A stretch of DNA of 64,000 nucleotides from Azolla caroliniana. Its lineage: Eukaryota > Plantae > Polypodiophyta. This document shows positions 33,572 through 46,900 of this stretch, in pieces. The stretch lies in NCBI GenBank assembly GCA_043228905.1, contig JBHGNT010000010.1, positions 5,022,001-5,086,000 of the forward strand, given 5' to 3'. The stretch's first letter is position 1. The number at the start of each line of letters is the position of its first letter. Under the pieces are notes generated by a model, which had not been told where the DNA came from, did no database searches, and saw only the letters and a list, made by a program, of their open reading frames with translations. The position numbers and the translations under genes were made by a program.

Positions 33572-35315
33572 AGGGCGTGGCGAATAGAGTACGATGGATT
33601 GTGGGTGAGCAGACATTGTGGATGTGGGTGGGTCAGATGTCTTGGATATTGATGTTGGGGAGTCTGATATCTTGCATATGATCTGTGGTTGTGAGGAACT
33701 CCTTGAATTTGCTAGCGAGTGAGGTGGAGATGGTGTAGTTAGAGAAGAGGGAAGGTGGTTTTCTACGAAAACTAACATAAGCATATGTGAACCCCATGTC
33801 AATCATGGTTTCAAGTGAGGGATGGTGATGAAATGGATTAGGGGGGTGACAGTGAGTGTATATATAAATGTATGTGTTGTGGTGTTGACTGACAAAGCTA
33901 GTCCAATGGAGCCTTGATCTAAGTTCATTCTATGAGGGCCTTTGAGTTGGGCTTTGGGTACCTATCTAGCATGTGTTTTACATTGTATCGTTATTGGATA
34001 TCAACCCAATTATTTGTTAGAGGTGGTTGTTTGGGGATCTTTAGATCTTGTTTGCAGCACAAAAATGGGTATCCACCATAACCTGGGTATTGTTGCATGG
34101 AAGATTTATGTTTGAGGAACTTAGATTTATCGGGTGGGGTGAAACATCTTCGTCTTTGTCTTGTTGGGGCAGGATTTTGCCACTATGTGCACTTTGGTTT
34201 TCTCAACCCATCTTTTTGGCTGGGGATGTTTCATTTGTTTGTTTGTCGATTGGGGCGAACCTAGGTTTTGGGCCTAGCCTAGTGGTTGGATGTTGTTTTC
34301 TGTATCTCACTCCTTATAGGTAGCCAAAATTGTGTGGCCCTATTGTGCCAACCTTGTGTTTTAGTTAAAGTTTTGCAGTTTTTATGGTGGCCTTCGGTAG
34401 ATACCCCATGGGGAGTGGCACATAATTGTGATTTTACAAGCTTAGGAGACATCAAGGGTGTTGTTATCTCTCGTGTTGATGCATTTTTTGGAATCCACCT
34501 TTGCTTCTTTTTGTGGCGCGAGGTTGAACCGTGGTTTTTGCAATGGGTTTAAATTGAATGACTCTGACTTTGGTGTTTTCTTCGATGTTGTTGATGTCCG
34601 GGGCATGCTAGTAGTGACCTTGGTGTGGACTAGGTTGTCCAACTTGTTCATCAATTTCTCTTCTTGAAGCCTAGTGGGTGAGGAGAAATATATAGCCTAG
34701 TTACTAGGTGCAATCATCCATTGGCTAGTATGGCACCAATCTTGTCCCAACAAACAACTCGTAGATAATACTTTTGGTGGCAAGACTAGGGCCTAGATCG
34801 AATGTGTACTCATGGTTAAGCTGATTTGGCATGTGACAATGCCTAAAAAACATAATATCGAACCATCAAATCCGGTGTAAAGATCTAAAACACAATGAGT
34901 GAATGACGATTCTAAAACACAATGGCGATTGAACCCGCACATGTTGGATCCATAATCCATTGCCTTCATGCACTTGGCTACATTTGACACTCATCAGAGT
35001 TAGGGAATCCAAGGTTTTCCCAAGTGTCAAATGAGAGGAGTATGGATGATGCATCGATATCTATCACAACTGATAATAGGAATCGGTTGTCTGAAGCATG
35101 GTAAGTATAACATTTGTGGTTTGGCATTATCTACAATAGCTATGTTGATAGGATGGGTTAATAGAGGGTTGCATTTGAAACTAGACACGGTCTCACCATC
35201 TTCGTCACAACATCGGGTCCCAATTCGATACATAACATCGGTGGTGGCCAAAGCATGTACCCAATTAATATCACACAATATTGTAAAGGATGGGTAGGTT
35301 TTGGTTGTATAGGAT
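33572..35315 (-). mobile_element. Highly decayed Gypsy-like gag/protease remnant (host of Copia-1, -4 and -7; also 16991-17035)
   Basis: Minus-strand fragments NPLLTH, AMDYGSN, YTGFDGS..LGIV and LLGQDW resemble gag-retropepsin motifs. The sequence continues across the Copia-4 TSD. Confidence 0.35.
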
Positions 35316-36984
35316 GGTCGAATACGAGTGTATAATGGCCGTATTCACATTGTCCCATCTGGACAAACTAGGTTTAGGACATATTTGTAATAAATTTAAA
35401 AGGCAATTTCCCTAGTTTAGTTATTATGTAACTGACTTTGTAACCTAGTTCATAGTGTTGCCATTCATTGTATTGTAATGTTTGAATAATACAGTTACGG
35501 TTCGTGCCTCTAAGTCTCTCTCTCACTCTGTCTTGATCTTGTATTTTGATTAAGTTGTCTTGTAACTCTCGGCTTCAAGTTGTTCATGTTGTTAATCTAT
35601 CATCAAATTCTTGTTCTTCAACACCTAAGTGTTGTTTTTGTTTCTGCACTGACGGCTTCACTTCCAACATCTAATATCAGAGCCAATTTTGGTCGAAGGT
35701 GATCGGAGGAAATTATTCGTACATGATTTGGCAAGCGACGCCTATATAATACAAAGTTCGGCCGACCAACCGAACAATCGAGGAAGAAGTTCTTCCATAT
35801 AGCCGAACAACGCTTGAATTTAGAGCAAGTTCACGAACAATCGAATATGCAACTATAATTGCAAAAGGCCTAGACACATCAAAGCCGATTGTCATGCCCT
35901 CAAGTTCAAAAATGACAAAGCTCAAAGATAGGAGCAGAAGGGCAGCTGGCAGGACGAGGTCAACTTCGTCGACTCTTCAGCCGAAATCTTACTTGACGAC
36001 CCAAACATTTTGCTCATTGAGAATTCGGTCGAAGTAGAAGTTCTACTACAACCGAAGAATCCACAATGTGCGTCATACCATGTGACTCCTCACCAATCTC
36101 AGTTCCAACAGTATTCGACCCGACACTCCAACTCAATCCGAGTCGGAAATTCGTAGCATTGTGTGATAATCGGCATCAACACAGTAGAGCTTAACCCTTT
36201 GGGTGGCTCTACTCTTGTACTACACAATGTCCAACACGTATCTGAGCTAACAAGACCATTGATTTGGTTCATTTGGACGTCTGTGGATTGCGTTTTCATG
36301 ATCTTTCAAGAATGGCTAGTAATGGTGGAGAATCAGATTCCCCAGAAGCTGAAATGCTTGTAGTCCGGCAACAAAGGAGAGTATAAATCTGAAGAGTTCG
36401 TCAGATTTTGTCGGTAGCGCAACATTTCACGTGAATATACAACACCTCACAGTCTAGAGTAGAATGGAATTGTAGAGCGGATGAATCAGACAATTCAAGA
36501 AAGAATTGTCTCCATGCTGCATCGCTCCTGGACTATCGAATGGTTTATGTGTGTAGGCTCTTACTCATAGCAGTACACATCATCAACATGTCGCTGAGTA
36601 GACCCCTTGGACTTCAAATCCCTCATGAGCTATGGACTGGCAAGAAGTCGAATTATGATAAGTTGAGGATCTTCAGTTGCGAAACGTTCACCCTTGTACC
36701 AAAAGATGATCGCCAAAAGTTAGAGCCGAGGTCCAAGAAATGTATTTTCCTTGGTTATGGACCAAACAACAATTTCAGCTACCAACTCTGGGACCTGGAA
36801 AACAGACAAATCATCTGAAGTTCAAGCGTCGTTTTCAATGAGTTGGCTATGCATCAAACGACCGAAAGGCCAATTGAAGTCAAAGGAGTAACTTTTTCAG
36901 AAGTGTCGACTCTTCTTGATGGCCCAACCTAGAATACAAAAGTGGCTTCACAGGTTGCCAAATTCTCTAGCACCAATTCGAATA
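35316..36984 (+). mobile_element. Copia-7: truncated, internally deleted member of the Copia-6 family
   Basis: 5' LTR 35316-35669 (..TTCCAACA) and decayed PBS TAATATCAGAGC. Protease and integrase fragments (LVLHNVQHV, INMSLSRPLGLQIP, KCIFLGY). No RT and no 3' LTR. Confidence 0.85.
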
Positions 36985-37346
36985 TGTTATTTGTGGGACA
37001 AAAGGCACGAGGTGTGAAAAGAATCTTAAAGGAAAAGTGTGAAAGCGGAAGCGTAAGACAAGTGTGAAAAGGTGAAAAGAGTCAAGCACTAGCAGTCGAG
37101 GGGGAAAGTAATTGAAATACAAGCAACCAAGAACAAAGGCCGAGTATCAAGAGGAAGTAGTTGGAGCGCGCCAATAGGAGAGGAAGATATATAAATCGTA
37201 AAGTGTCGAAAGCAAGGAAGGGACATACATATATACTTATTTTGAGTCAGAGTGACTAAGCCTAATCCTAGAATTGTATTGAGTGAGTGAGCGATACTGA
37301 TTATACTCAGTTTTGTACTATCATTACATGATTTGTTAAGTAATCA
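36985..37346 (+). mobile_element. Possible solo LTR
   Basis: TG...CA ends, purine-rich U3-like part, ATATAAA box, AATA on both flanks. The terminal inverted repeat is imperfect. Confidence 0.35.
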
Positions 37347-37970
37347 AATACCTATACAAAGGTATTTGTTCTTGTTTAATTTATAGAAGATACAAAGGTA
37401 CCCATTTGGGTTGGCCCAGCTACATGCGTGCCAAAAGGGTGTGCTAAAGGCATACACTTGCACGAAAAGGACACCACAATATATATATATATATCTGATG
37501 GTGTACAAGGTGGGCGATTTGAGACCCACTCGTATGTACCCATACAAAATGAAAACATGAGATTCAAACGTGTATGATGATGATGCGAGAGATCCAATGG
37601 TCCGACAAGAATTATGGTGATTTGAGGTCCAAATGGTCTATGATCTGTGACGGTTCGGTTTGGGATGGGCATGAGGAGATTGCTATGTCCACTCAAATTG
37701 GCATACATAATACACATACCATGGTGAGGAGGCAAAAGAAAGAAGAAAAAAACAGAGGTTTATTATCTCTGGTCCATTATTCCATTGGCTTAGAGAGACA
37801 CATGCAAAAAGAAAGAGGAAGAAGGGAACAGAGTACAGAACAGAGGAGGAGACTTATATGCATATATGTACCCTTCTCCCTGTCTGAGGAGGAGCTTGCA
37901 AACATAAATTGATACAGGATACCAAAGGCTTCTAGTAGATCTGTCTTCACTCTCCTCCCTATCACCTTCC

Positions 37971-40900
37971 ATGGCTGCTTCAGGTAAGCAAAAAATCCGC
38001 CACAAAAGTCCTCCATTCTTCATTGTTTTTGTATATATGTGTGTGTGCTTCGTTTCTCCCCCCCCCCCTGTTTCTAGGTCCTTTCATTATTGGTCATGTG
38101 AGCTAACGCTTGAAGAATGAATGAGAGATGGCTATATGGTCTAAACAATGCCCTGTGTACAAAAAGAAGTATTGTATGGATCTGATTCTTAGAAGAGTTC
38201 AATTCAAGGTTTTCTTGAGTTTTTGAAAAACAAACGTGTGGGGCAACTGTGGTGTGCAGCCTCATGCATGTGGAAAGTATGCCAATTCACATATTTCTCT
38301 AGCCCTCAGTTGCAAGAGACCTCTTCCTCTCTTGTGAGGAGGCCTTTTGAAGGCCCGTCTAGAGCACTTCAAACAGGACTTTTGGTAAAGATGATCAGAC
38401 CTCACCTCCAGATGGACTTTCGCAGCTCAAAAAAGCATTTGCTGCAACCAACTTTGCATGGTCTGTACATTTTCTTTTCCTTTCGTGTTTGTGTTGTGCT
38501 TTCATTCACTTCATGCACGCTTTTTCGAAGATTTTCTAAATCCTGAAAGTGATCGATATATAGCTCGAAATGACTATTTACCTTGGAGGGACTAATGTTA
38601 GGACTGCACTCTCTGAACCAAATAATTAACTTACTAAGCATGATTAAGTAACATAAAATTCATGTAGAAGTCTAGAGCTCTTTAGGGTTTGACTCATTGC
38701 ACCCGATCATGATCCCGGGAGCCAGTGGCCCATCAGCTTGATAGAGGCATGGATGCATCCCAATATCATGTTCAGGTCCCCGGAACATCGAACATGCATC
38801 TGGGGTTTCAGAATCCATAATATGGATGATCAAGAAGCAATGATCATTGACATGGAGGATATCCATGAAAAACAAATGGCTGAAAGGGCTGATCACATGG
38901 ATAGCTAAACTTTACATATATGCAAACCATAGGTCTATTTCTTGATCGTAACCATCCAGGCATGTGCCATACCCTGAGGTCTATGTGAAGTCTTTAGTCA
39001 TCCAGAGCTGAAAGCCTTGAGGTCTTTCTAGACCATAGGAAACAATATTGGCCAGATCCTCTAGCGAAAAGACTTATTCGGGCCTTCATCAACCTGTAAG
39101 TATTCATTCTGCTATCTTTATGAACACCGGACGATCATCTGTCTTAGTAGCATAATTCATCAACCTGTAAGTATTCAGCTATTCACATACTCATAACAAC
39201 TATCAATATTTTTACATTCTGCTATCTTTATGACCACCGGATGATCATCTGTCTTAGTAGCATAATTCATCAACATGTAAGTATTCAGCTATTCACATAC
39301 TCATAACAATTATCAATATTTTTACATTCTGCTATCTTTATGACCACCGGATGATCATCTGTCTTAGTAGCATAATTCGATGTTTCCCATGAACATTTAA
39401 AAATGACTTCATTGGTTTTAAATTTAGATCTCATTCCGCTTTCCATTTAATTCAGCCATGGCCTCTACAAGCAATCCTGCTGTTGTTGATGAAGTGGATT
39501 TTAAAAAGTTGCAAAATGGCAGGTAATTTCCCTTATTATGTCAGAACTATAAGTTGTGAACGCCATAATCTTGGATGTTGACAATTTTGGCGTTTAATAA
39601 TATCATTGCTTAACAGTGATATAAGGGGAGTTGCAGTTGCCGGTGTAGAAGGAGAGCCTGTAAATTTAACTACTGAGGTAGCAGAATCAATTGCTGCAGC
39701 ATTTGCCGAATGGTTAATGGACAGGAAAAACATAAGTACTCCTGAAAAATTAAGGATATCAATTGGCCACGATTCACGTATATCGGCAGATGCCTTACAG
39801 GTTAGCAATAACCTTTCTAATGTGAACTTCTTAATGTGCTTTCCAAATCCCATAATTGTGCAGGCTTCCCTAGTATATGCATATTTTTGGTTCATGCATC
39901 TGTTTGTATGACCTAGCACTAGACGGTGATTTTTATGATTGCCATACCTGCAATTGAGATTATGTTAGCCTGTCTCACTCTGAATCTGGACACCAGGCCA
40001 TAGCTCATTGAAGTTGAATCACAAAACTATTAGTATGGCAAACTCAATGACGCAGCAGGTGTACCATATTGTAGTGGCTTGCGGAGTCTTTCCTCTTCTA
40101 GGTTATCTTCCTTCCCCATATACTTATCTCTGAATCTTATCCTCTCTCTGATGTTGGAGAGATCAATGTTGATTTGTGTGGAGGGCAGTAGTAGTGCAGA
40201 TAGTTGCAGAGCCCAGACAAGAATCTACGACTGTTTGACTGTCTGTCTCTTCAATGTCTCTCCTCGTAGTCATCTCAACATCCTCCAAGTTAGGGCTTTT
40301 GGTTGTGTGTTGGATAGATGCTCAAGAAGTGCTCTTTTATTGCTTTCTTTTCAATGTTCTGTTCTTGGGAACATGGCCTTGATATCATTGGTAACATGTC
40401 TTTCACAATCACACAATTTCCCTAAATACTCTATATGACTCTTGAGTTAATGAAATAATAATCGCAAGTGATAAGAAGCACAATTGTTGTACTTAGAAAG
40501 AAAGAAAGATATATTAACATCTTTTAAGAGGCCAAAATGGTCAATAAGACCAAACCAGAGATTACATCTTAAGTGTTATCTTGTCTTGGAGAACAACAAA
40601 TCAAATTAAAATAAGTATTACTCCGGAAAAATAAGAGTGTAAGATTTAAAATAAAAAAAACTGATGAGGGAATTTGGTTTTCTGCACATGTGAGATTTTT
40701 AAGTTAGATATATTGTAACTTTTGCCTTCGAAAAATCTCTAGCATAGGTTGATCCAGAATGGAGAGGTCTCTGAAGCGAGGGAAGCACTTGCGATGGTGG
40801 GGGATAATGGCCTTTATTTTCCGATGACAATGGTGTTGAGATCGTGGTCCATGGGGCCAGGGCCTACGTGCATGACAAATTGCTATTGCCCGATCAATTG

Positions 40901-43900
40901 TATCCCCTTTGTTATGTCCTGGTTGGGAGCCCGCTTGTGTATCCCTTGATTGACGTGTAGCATTAGTAGGAGTGATGGGGCTAAAGAAAATTGTGATTGT
41001 GCTTTGTGGATGAGATTGTGTGGCTGTATTCTTCAACAACTTTTCACAATGTCTCTTCAGCCCTAGCAAGAAAAGTCCTAGGCACCCTTGGTCCTCATAT
41101 TCCATTACCTTGTGTAGGGGGCCAAAGCCTTGTTTAAAGAGGTAATGGTATCTCCCTCTGATTTCATAAAAGACACTACAGTGACAAACATAGTGTTCTT
41201 TGGGATTTCTCTCCTTGATGACACAATTGGCAAATTCTTTATTCTAGAGGTATTCGTGTATATCTGCCTACCTCAATCTGTAACTGATGTGATGAAGTTC
41301 GCAGCTGCCTACCCTATCACACTGCGCAGCGCATAGGATAGATGTATGTCCATATAATGTTTCCTGATGATGAATCCATCCTCCGATGTGTGTAAGAAGT
41401 GTCTTATAGTGGGCCATCTTCGTACCAAGTGATATTTTGGGGCTGATCCATGTTATCTTGTTTTCCAAGTTGATAATATCAGTTCAGATCACTCTATTCT
41501 TTTCCTCTTTGGTCATATTTAGATGGGGACAGTCCAAGCTATATTGGAACAAGGGTAGTGCTTCTATACTCATGCCATGTGACTCGAACCATTGCTGCAT
41601 TTCAGCATACCAACAATGAATGTCTCCATTTTTAGCCAGTTGTCTTGAAGACATAAGTGCCAACCTTGGGTAACTTCGTTTAGGGAGCTCCTAAAGATGT
41701 TGGATAAATGTCATTGATCGGAACAATGCCTCGGTGATTATAGGTGCTGCTCCCATCTCTGCCCGATTATATCGTGGGGCACTGATGCTTTGCTCCTTAT
41801 CATGCGGGCAATCATTGACACTGAAGGTCTCTAAATCTTTCCAATGATTTGCCTTGTTAAGACTCGGTCCCCAAGTTTCTACTCCATAGAGAAGAGTTGG
41901 TGTGACAAGTGTATCAAATAACCATAGCTTAGTTCGTGGCTCTTGGAACTGCAAATGTGCACATTTTCTTTGGAGAGCACCAAGGGCTGCATATCCACGG
42001 GAAAGTCGGGCACAAGCAGCCTCCCGTACGGAGAACCTAGGCCCTGTAAATGTTACTCCTAGGTATGTGTAGGAGCGTGTGTATTCCACCTTTTCCTCTC
42101 CCAAGAAGAATTCCGGTTCTGATCATGTTACCCATGCTTTAGTGGTGTTAAATACCATCATTTCAGTTTTATCCATGTTGATTGACAAACCTTTGTTTGT
42201 ACAAAATAGTTTAAAGGCATTTAGATGTCTTTGTAGTCCCTCTGGAGAGTCAGAAATCAGCACTATATCAGCATATAGTAATATTTGTATAGCTGTACCT
42301 GCTCGGCGTGCTCCCAAACCCCTGAATCTCTCTATGTAATGTGATACCTCATCTATATCGAGACCGAAGAGAGTGGGGGATAGTGGGCAAATTTGCCAAT
42401 GAACCTGAACTAAAGTTTACATCTAAAAATTTGTGAACGGAAATAAATATAAATAAACTAGTAAAACTGGATAAGGTATTTGGTGTTCCCATCTAAAACT
42501 TCTGCCTTCAAAATATCTCTTCCATGGGTTGATCCGGATGGAGGGATCTCAGAAATGAGGAAAGCACCTTCACTATGGAAAAATGCCGAAGGTACCAATG
42601 CTTCCCATCTGAATTTTCTGTTGCCTGATACATGGTAATCCCTTTTGAATGTTATAGTTGAGACCCTGTATATAGCCTGTGCTTGACTGTCAGCATGGCA
42701 GTGGCAGGTAATGATGCTATAGAAAGTGTGAAGATTCATTGCTGATGTGATTTTGTGGCCATGCCATTGGCCTTCAAGAACTTCTCTCAACATCTATTGA
42801 TTCCTAGAAAAAACCATCCCAAGAATCTTTGATCTTCATATTCAATTACCTTCTAGAGTGGGTACAGTTGGCAGATGTGTCCTTTATAGCTTTCCATGCG
42901 CAATCTCAATCTCTCACTTATGTAAATAGGTCTTGAGCTGCCCTATCACCATGGACATAAGAATGTGTATCCGTGTAAGGGGATTTGATGAACATTTATC
43001 GTGCAATCTCAATCTCTCACTTATGTAAATAGGTCTTGAGCCGCCCTATCACCATGGACATAAGAATGTGTATCCGTGTAAGGGGATTTGATGAACATTC
43101 ATCGTGCGATAAGTGTCAGAGAAGTTCTTTTAGTGGTCCATCTTCCTACTAAGCAGCATTGTGGGGCTTATTGACATTTATTCATAATTATATTCAACTT
43201 ATAAGTTTGGATCATACTATTCTTGTCCACTTTGGTCAAGCCCAAGTGTGAAACAAACAATGAGTATCTTTATTGACAACTATTTTGATGACACAAGGGC
43301 TAACCTTGAGTACCTTTGCTTTGGTTGCTCCCAAATCTGTTGGGTACAAGTCACTCATTGAAATAGTGTGTCGTTCACTTATTTTGGTGACTTTTATCTC
43401 AGTCTGAATTGTACCATGATCACTGAGGGTTTGCTCCTTGACTTCCAGGCAATCATTGAGATTAAAATACACTCCAGACTCTTTAGCTATATGCCTATGA
43501 AGGCTTGGTCCCCAAGTTTCCACCTTGTAGAGAAAAGTTGGTGTTAAAATATGAGAACCAACTAAATGTTTTTGTGATTCTCGGATTTGTATACATGCAC
43601 GTTGTCTTTCAAGAGCACCGAGGGTGAAATATCCACATGCAACCTTCTATAAGGAGAATTAGGGCCTTGAATATAACTCTAGTTCTGATTGTTACTAACC
43701 ATTATATTTTACTCCAATACAGGAGTCTATTAATCCTTTTTTTTCACATTCTCAGTACCAATCCCAATCCCAACTGCAATTATAATCTTCAGTGTCAATC
43801 TCCATCACTTTTTTTCTGCTCTGTGAACTTCTGGAACTTCCAAATGGCTGTAAGGCATTAGTCATATCACCGCTTCAGCTAAAGTTTGACCACCAGAGAA

Positions 43901-46900
43901 ACCTTTTATAAACAAAGAAACACCTCCTTATGATTTTGGATTCTCTAAGACTCAGTTTCACATCCATGAAGCTAAATTTACTGCCATCAGTCATATCACC
44001 ACTTCAGCTAAAGTTTGATCACCAGAGAAACCTTTTTCTGTAAACAAAGAAACGCCTACTTATGATTTTGGATTCTCTAAGACTCAGTTTCACATCCATG
44101 AAGCTAGATTAATTTTGAACAAGGAAGTTGACAACTTGTTGGCCCCAAAGATTGGTGTTCCCTTCAGTTCTTTATTGATAATTGATAGAAGAGGATAGAA
44201 TAAGATAGATATTCAACCTTAAACCATAGTCCATAGTTGAAGCCTATTTCAGCAACGAAAACCCACATGTGAGCTTCTAACTTACTCTCCATCTTAAAAG
44301 TTCCCCGGGAGCAAGCAAAAATTATAAAATAAAAATAAAGCAGTGATTAAGTGATGTCATAAATAATGGGGGCACAGAAACTTTCTTTAAATAAGTACTT
44401 GGCACTTGCTTTTTCTTCATTTATCTTCTTAGAGTGTTTTTACTTCAATCATCAGAAAATCTCTTTTCTCTTAGCCTCGATTTCCACTCGGACATATGTC
44501 TGTGCTCGGTTGTTTTGTTTTTGTCTATTTATTTATTTTCCGTGTAGAGCTATAAAAACGCAAAACCAATAACTCACTTTTTTATTTGAGTAACAAAATT
44601 TCATTAAAATTTAGAAACCCCAAAACCATAGAGAAAGAGCGGAAAATGCGGAAAATACCAAAATAATGAAGTATCAAAATTTGCGTAAATTCTATCAATT
44701 ATAGATGCAATGATTATTTGTTTATCATGGAAAAAAATACTAGTATCATTACATAAAATTTAGATTCAAACTTGAGCATAATATTATAGGTGGGACTCTA
44801 CAAGGAATGAAAACGAGGGTAAATCTCTATCACCTAAGCACTTGGTATATACCCAAAAGATTCTCTCCCAATGAAAAAGGAAAATATCTTTCCTGTGGGG
44901 TACTTGTAGTTTCTTTTGTAGAAAAGGTTTAAAGTTAGAGATTCTGGATGTTCTGGAATCTACTTGTGCAGTTGGTTTTTAGATAAAAACATATCTCTCA
45001 AACACAACTACTTCAGATTTGTTTTACAATAAATCATGTGATAGGTTATTGGTAGCATCTTTCTAATGATAGATTTAGGACTGGGGCAATTTGGAAGGAA
45101 TCGTTAGGTTATTATACAGCCCTGTTTATTAAAATCTAGGCGGGGTAACCAGAAAGATGAAATGTTTATGTCTCTAGCTGTCTCATGCTCATATCTGTCT
45201 TGTGAGAGCCTCTTTGACGTATTACTGATTTGATAAATAGTAATATCTTTCCTTAGCGATAACATACTTGAATGTCAATGACTGGAGTCTGGGACACCTC
45301 TCCTTTAAATTCTTGGTTGTTACTTAAGTGCAATTTGTGTTGTTTCCTATGAATAGCAAGGATAATCTGCGAGTCAAAGGGTATTATTAAGCCTTTCCAT
45401 GCCATAAAATTCGAGTCTATGATTTTGTAGTTTTAAAGAAAATAACATTCTTTAAAATACACTTTTATAATAAATTGAATGGGCTGGCTTGATAAGACTT
45501 CTGTTTCACATTAAGTGCAGTATGCAGTGGCTCGAGGTATAGCAAAAGTTGGAGTGGATGTAGTGATTTATGGGTATGATTATGTAATTTTTTTACTTAT
45601 CCCTTTACTCAGTCTGGGAAGCTAAGTGTAGATTAACTTAAGGTAAACAACAAACCGAGACTTACAGAACCCTATGATATTTTCTTGTTACTGTACAGCT
45701 TGGCTTCCACACCAGCGATGTTCTATAGTACGATTACAGAAAGGAAGGATATGTTCTGTCCTGTGGATGGTTCAATTATGATTACAGGTAATGAAACTTG
45801 CGAGTATTCATGGTTATAAATAGCAAGAGTTTAAGCAGTGTTGATAATTGATGGAATTGCACATGGCAGCATATTGATTCAGTAATATTTTTAATTGAAA
45901 CAGCAAGTCATCTACCATATAATAGGAATGGCTTCAAGTTTTTCACAAACAGTGGAGGGCTTGGAAAGCCTGATATTAGCGACATTTTGGCTAGAGCAGC
46001 CAAATTCTACGCTAGTTTTAAGTTGGACACTCCTGGTCCATCCAGAGATAATTCATTGAAAAAGGCCAACTTCATGGATCAGTATTCCTTGACTTTAGCA
46101 CAAGCAGTTAGAAAAGGAGCTGGAGGTCTTGGTAAATTATTTACTTACTGATATTTGTTTTTCTGTGGGATCATTATCTGAGGCTGTATTGATATCTTAT
46201 AATCTTTCAGAACATCCATTGGAGGGGTTTCACATCATCGTAGATGCTGGTAATGGGGCAGGAGGTTTTTTCCCGGTACTTTTGTGCAGCTATTCAATAA
46301 TCCATACACTTTAATAAGTACTGTTCCTAGCCTGAATGCATGGTATCATTTTCACAGGCGAAAGTGCTTGAACCTTTGGGTGCAACAACTGTTGGCAGCC
46401 AATTTTTGGAACCAGATGGTATTTTTAATAGACCATTAACATTGCATTGTTATATATAAACCAATTGATGAAGATGTGAATGTTACTGCTTTTAGACTTA
46501 TAGGCTAATATGGTAATTCAAAGTTGTATGATATAATCACCATTGGGATTCAAGAAGTTTCATTGATGCTAGTATTTCCTTTGAAAGAAATAAGCTCTGA
46601 ACCCAAGATATATACAAGCTATACCTAATCTTTAAAAGAGGAAATTGTTTCTTCTCATTAGTGTTTGTAAGCTTTATACTTTCATATATACTGCAATTTT
46701 ATCTTATCTTTATCAATGTTCGCAAGTCCTTTTAATTAAGTAATTCATGTATAAAATTATGATCTTAACCTGCCATAAAATCAGCCTGAAACCCTTATTT
46801 TCGACAGAATACCTTCATCTGTCAATCTTATAACTCAATTCATAACGTTTGCTAAAATATTACACTCTAGAATAATTATTGAAAGTTCAAATTAACTTCA

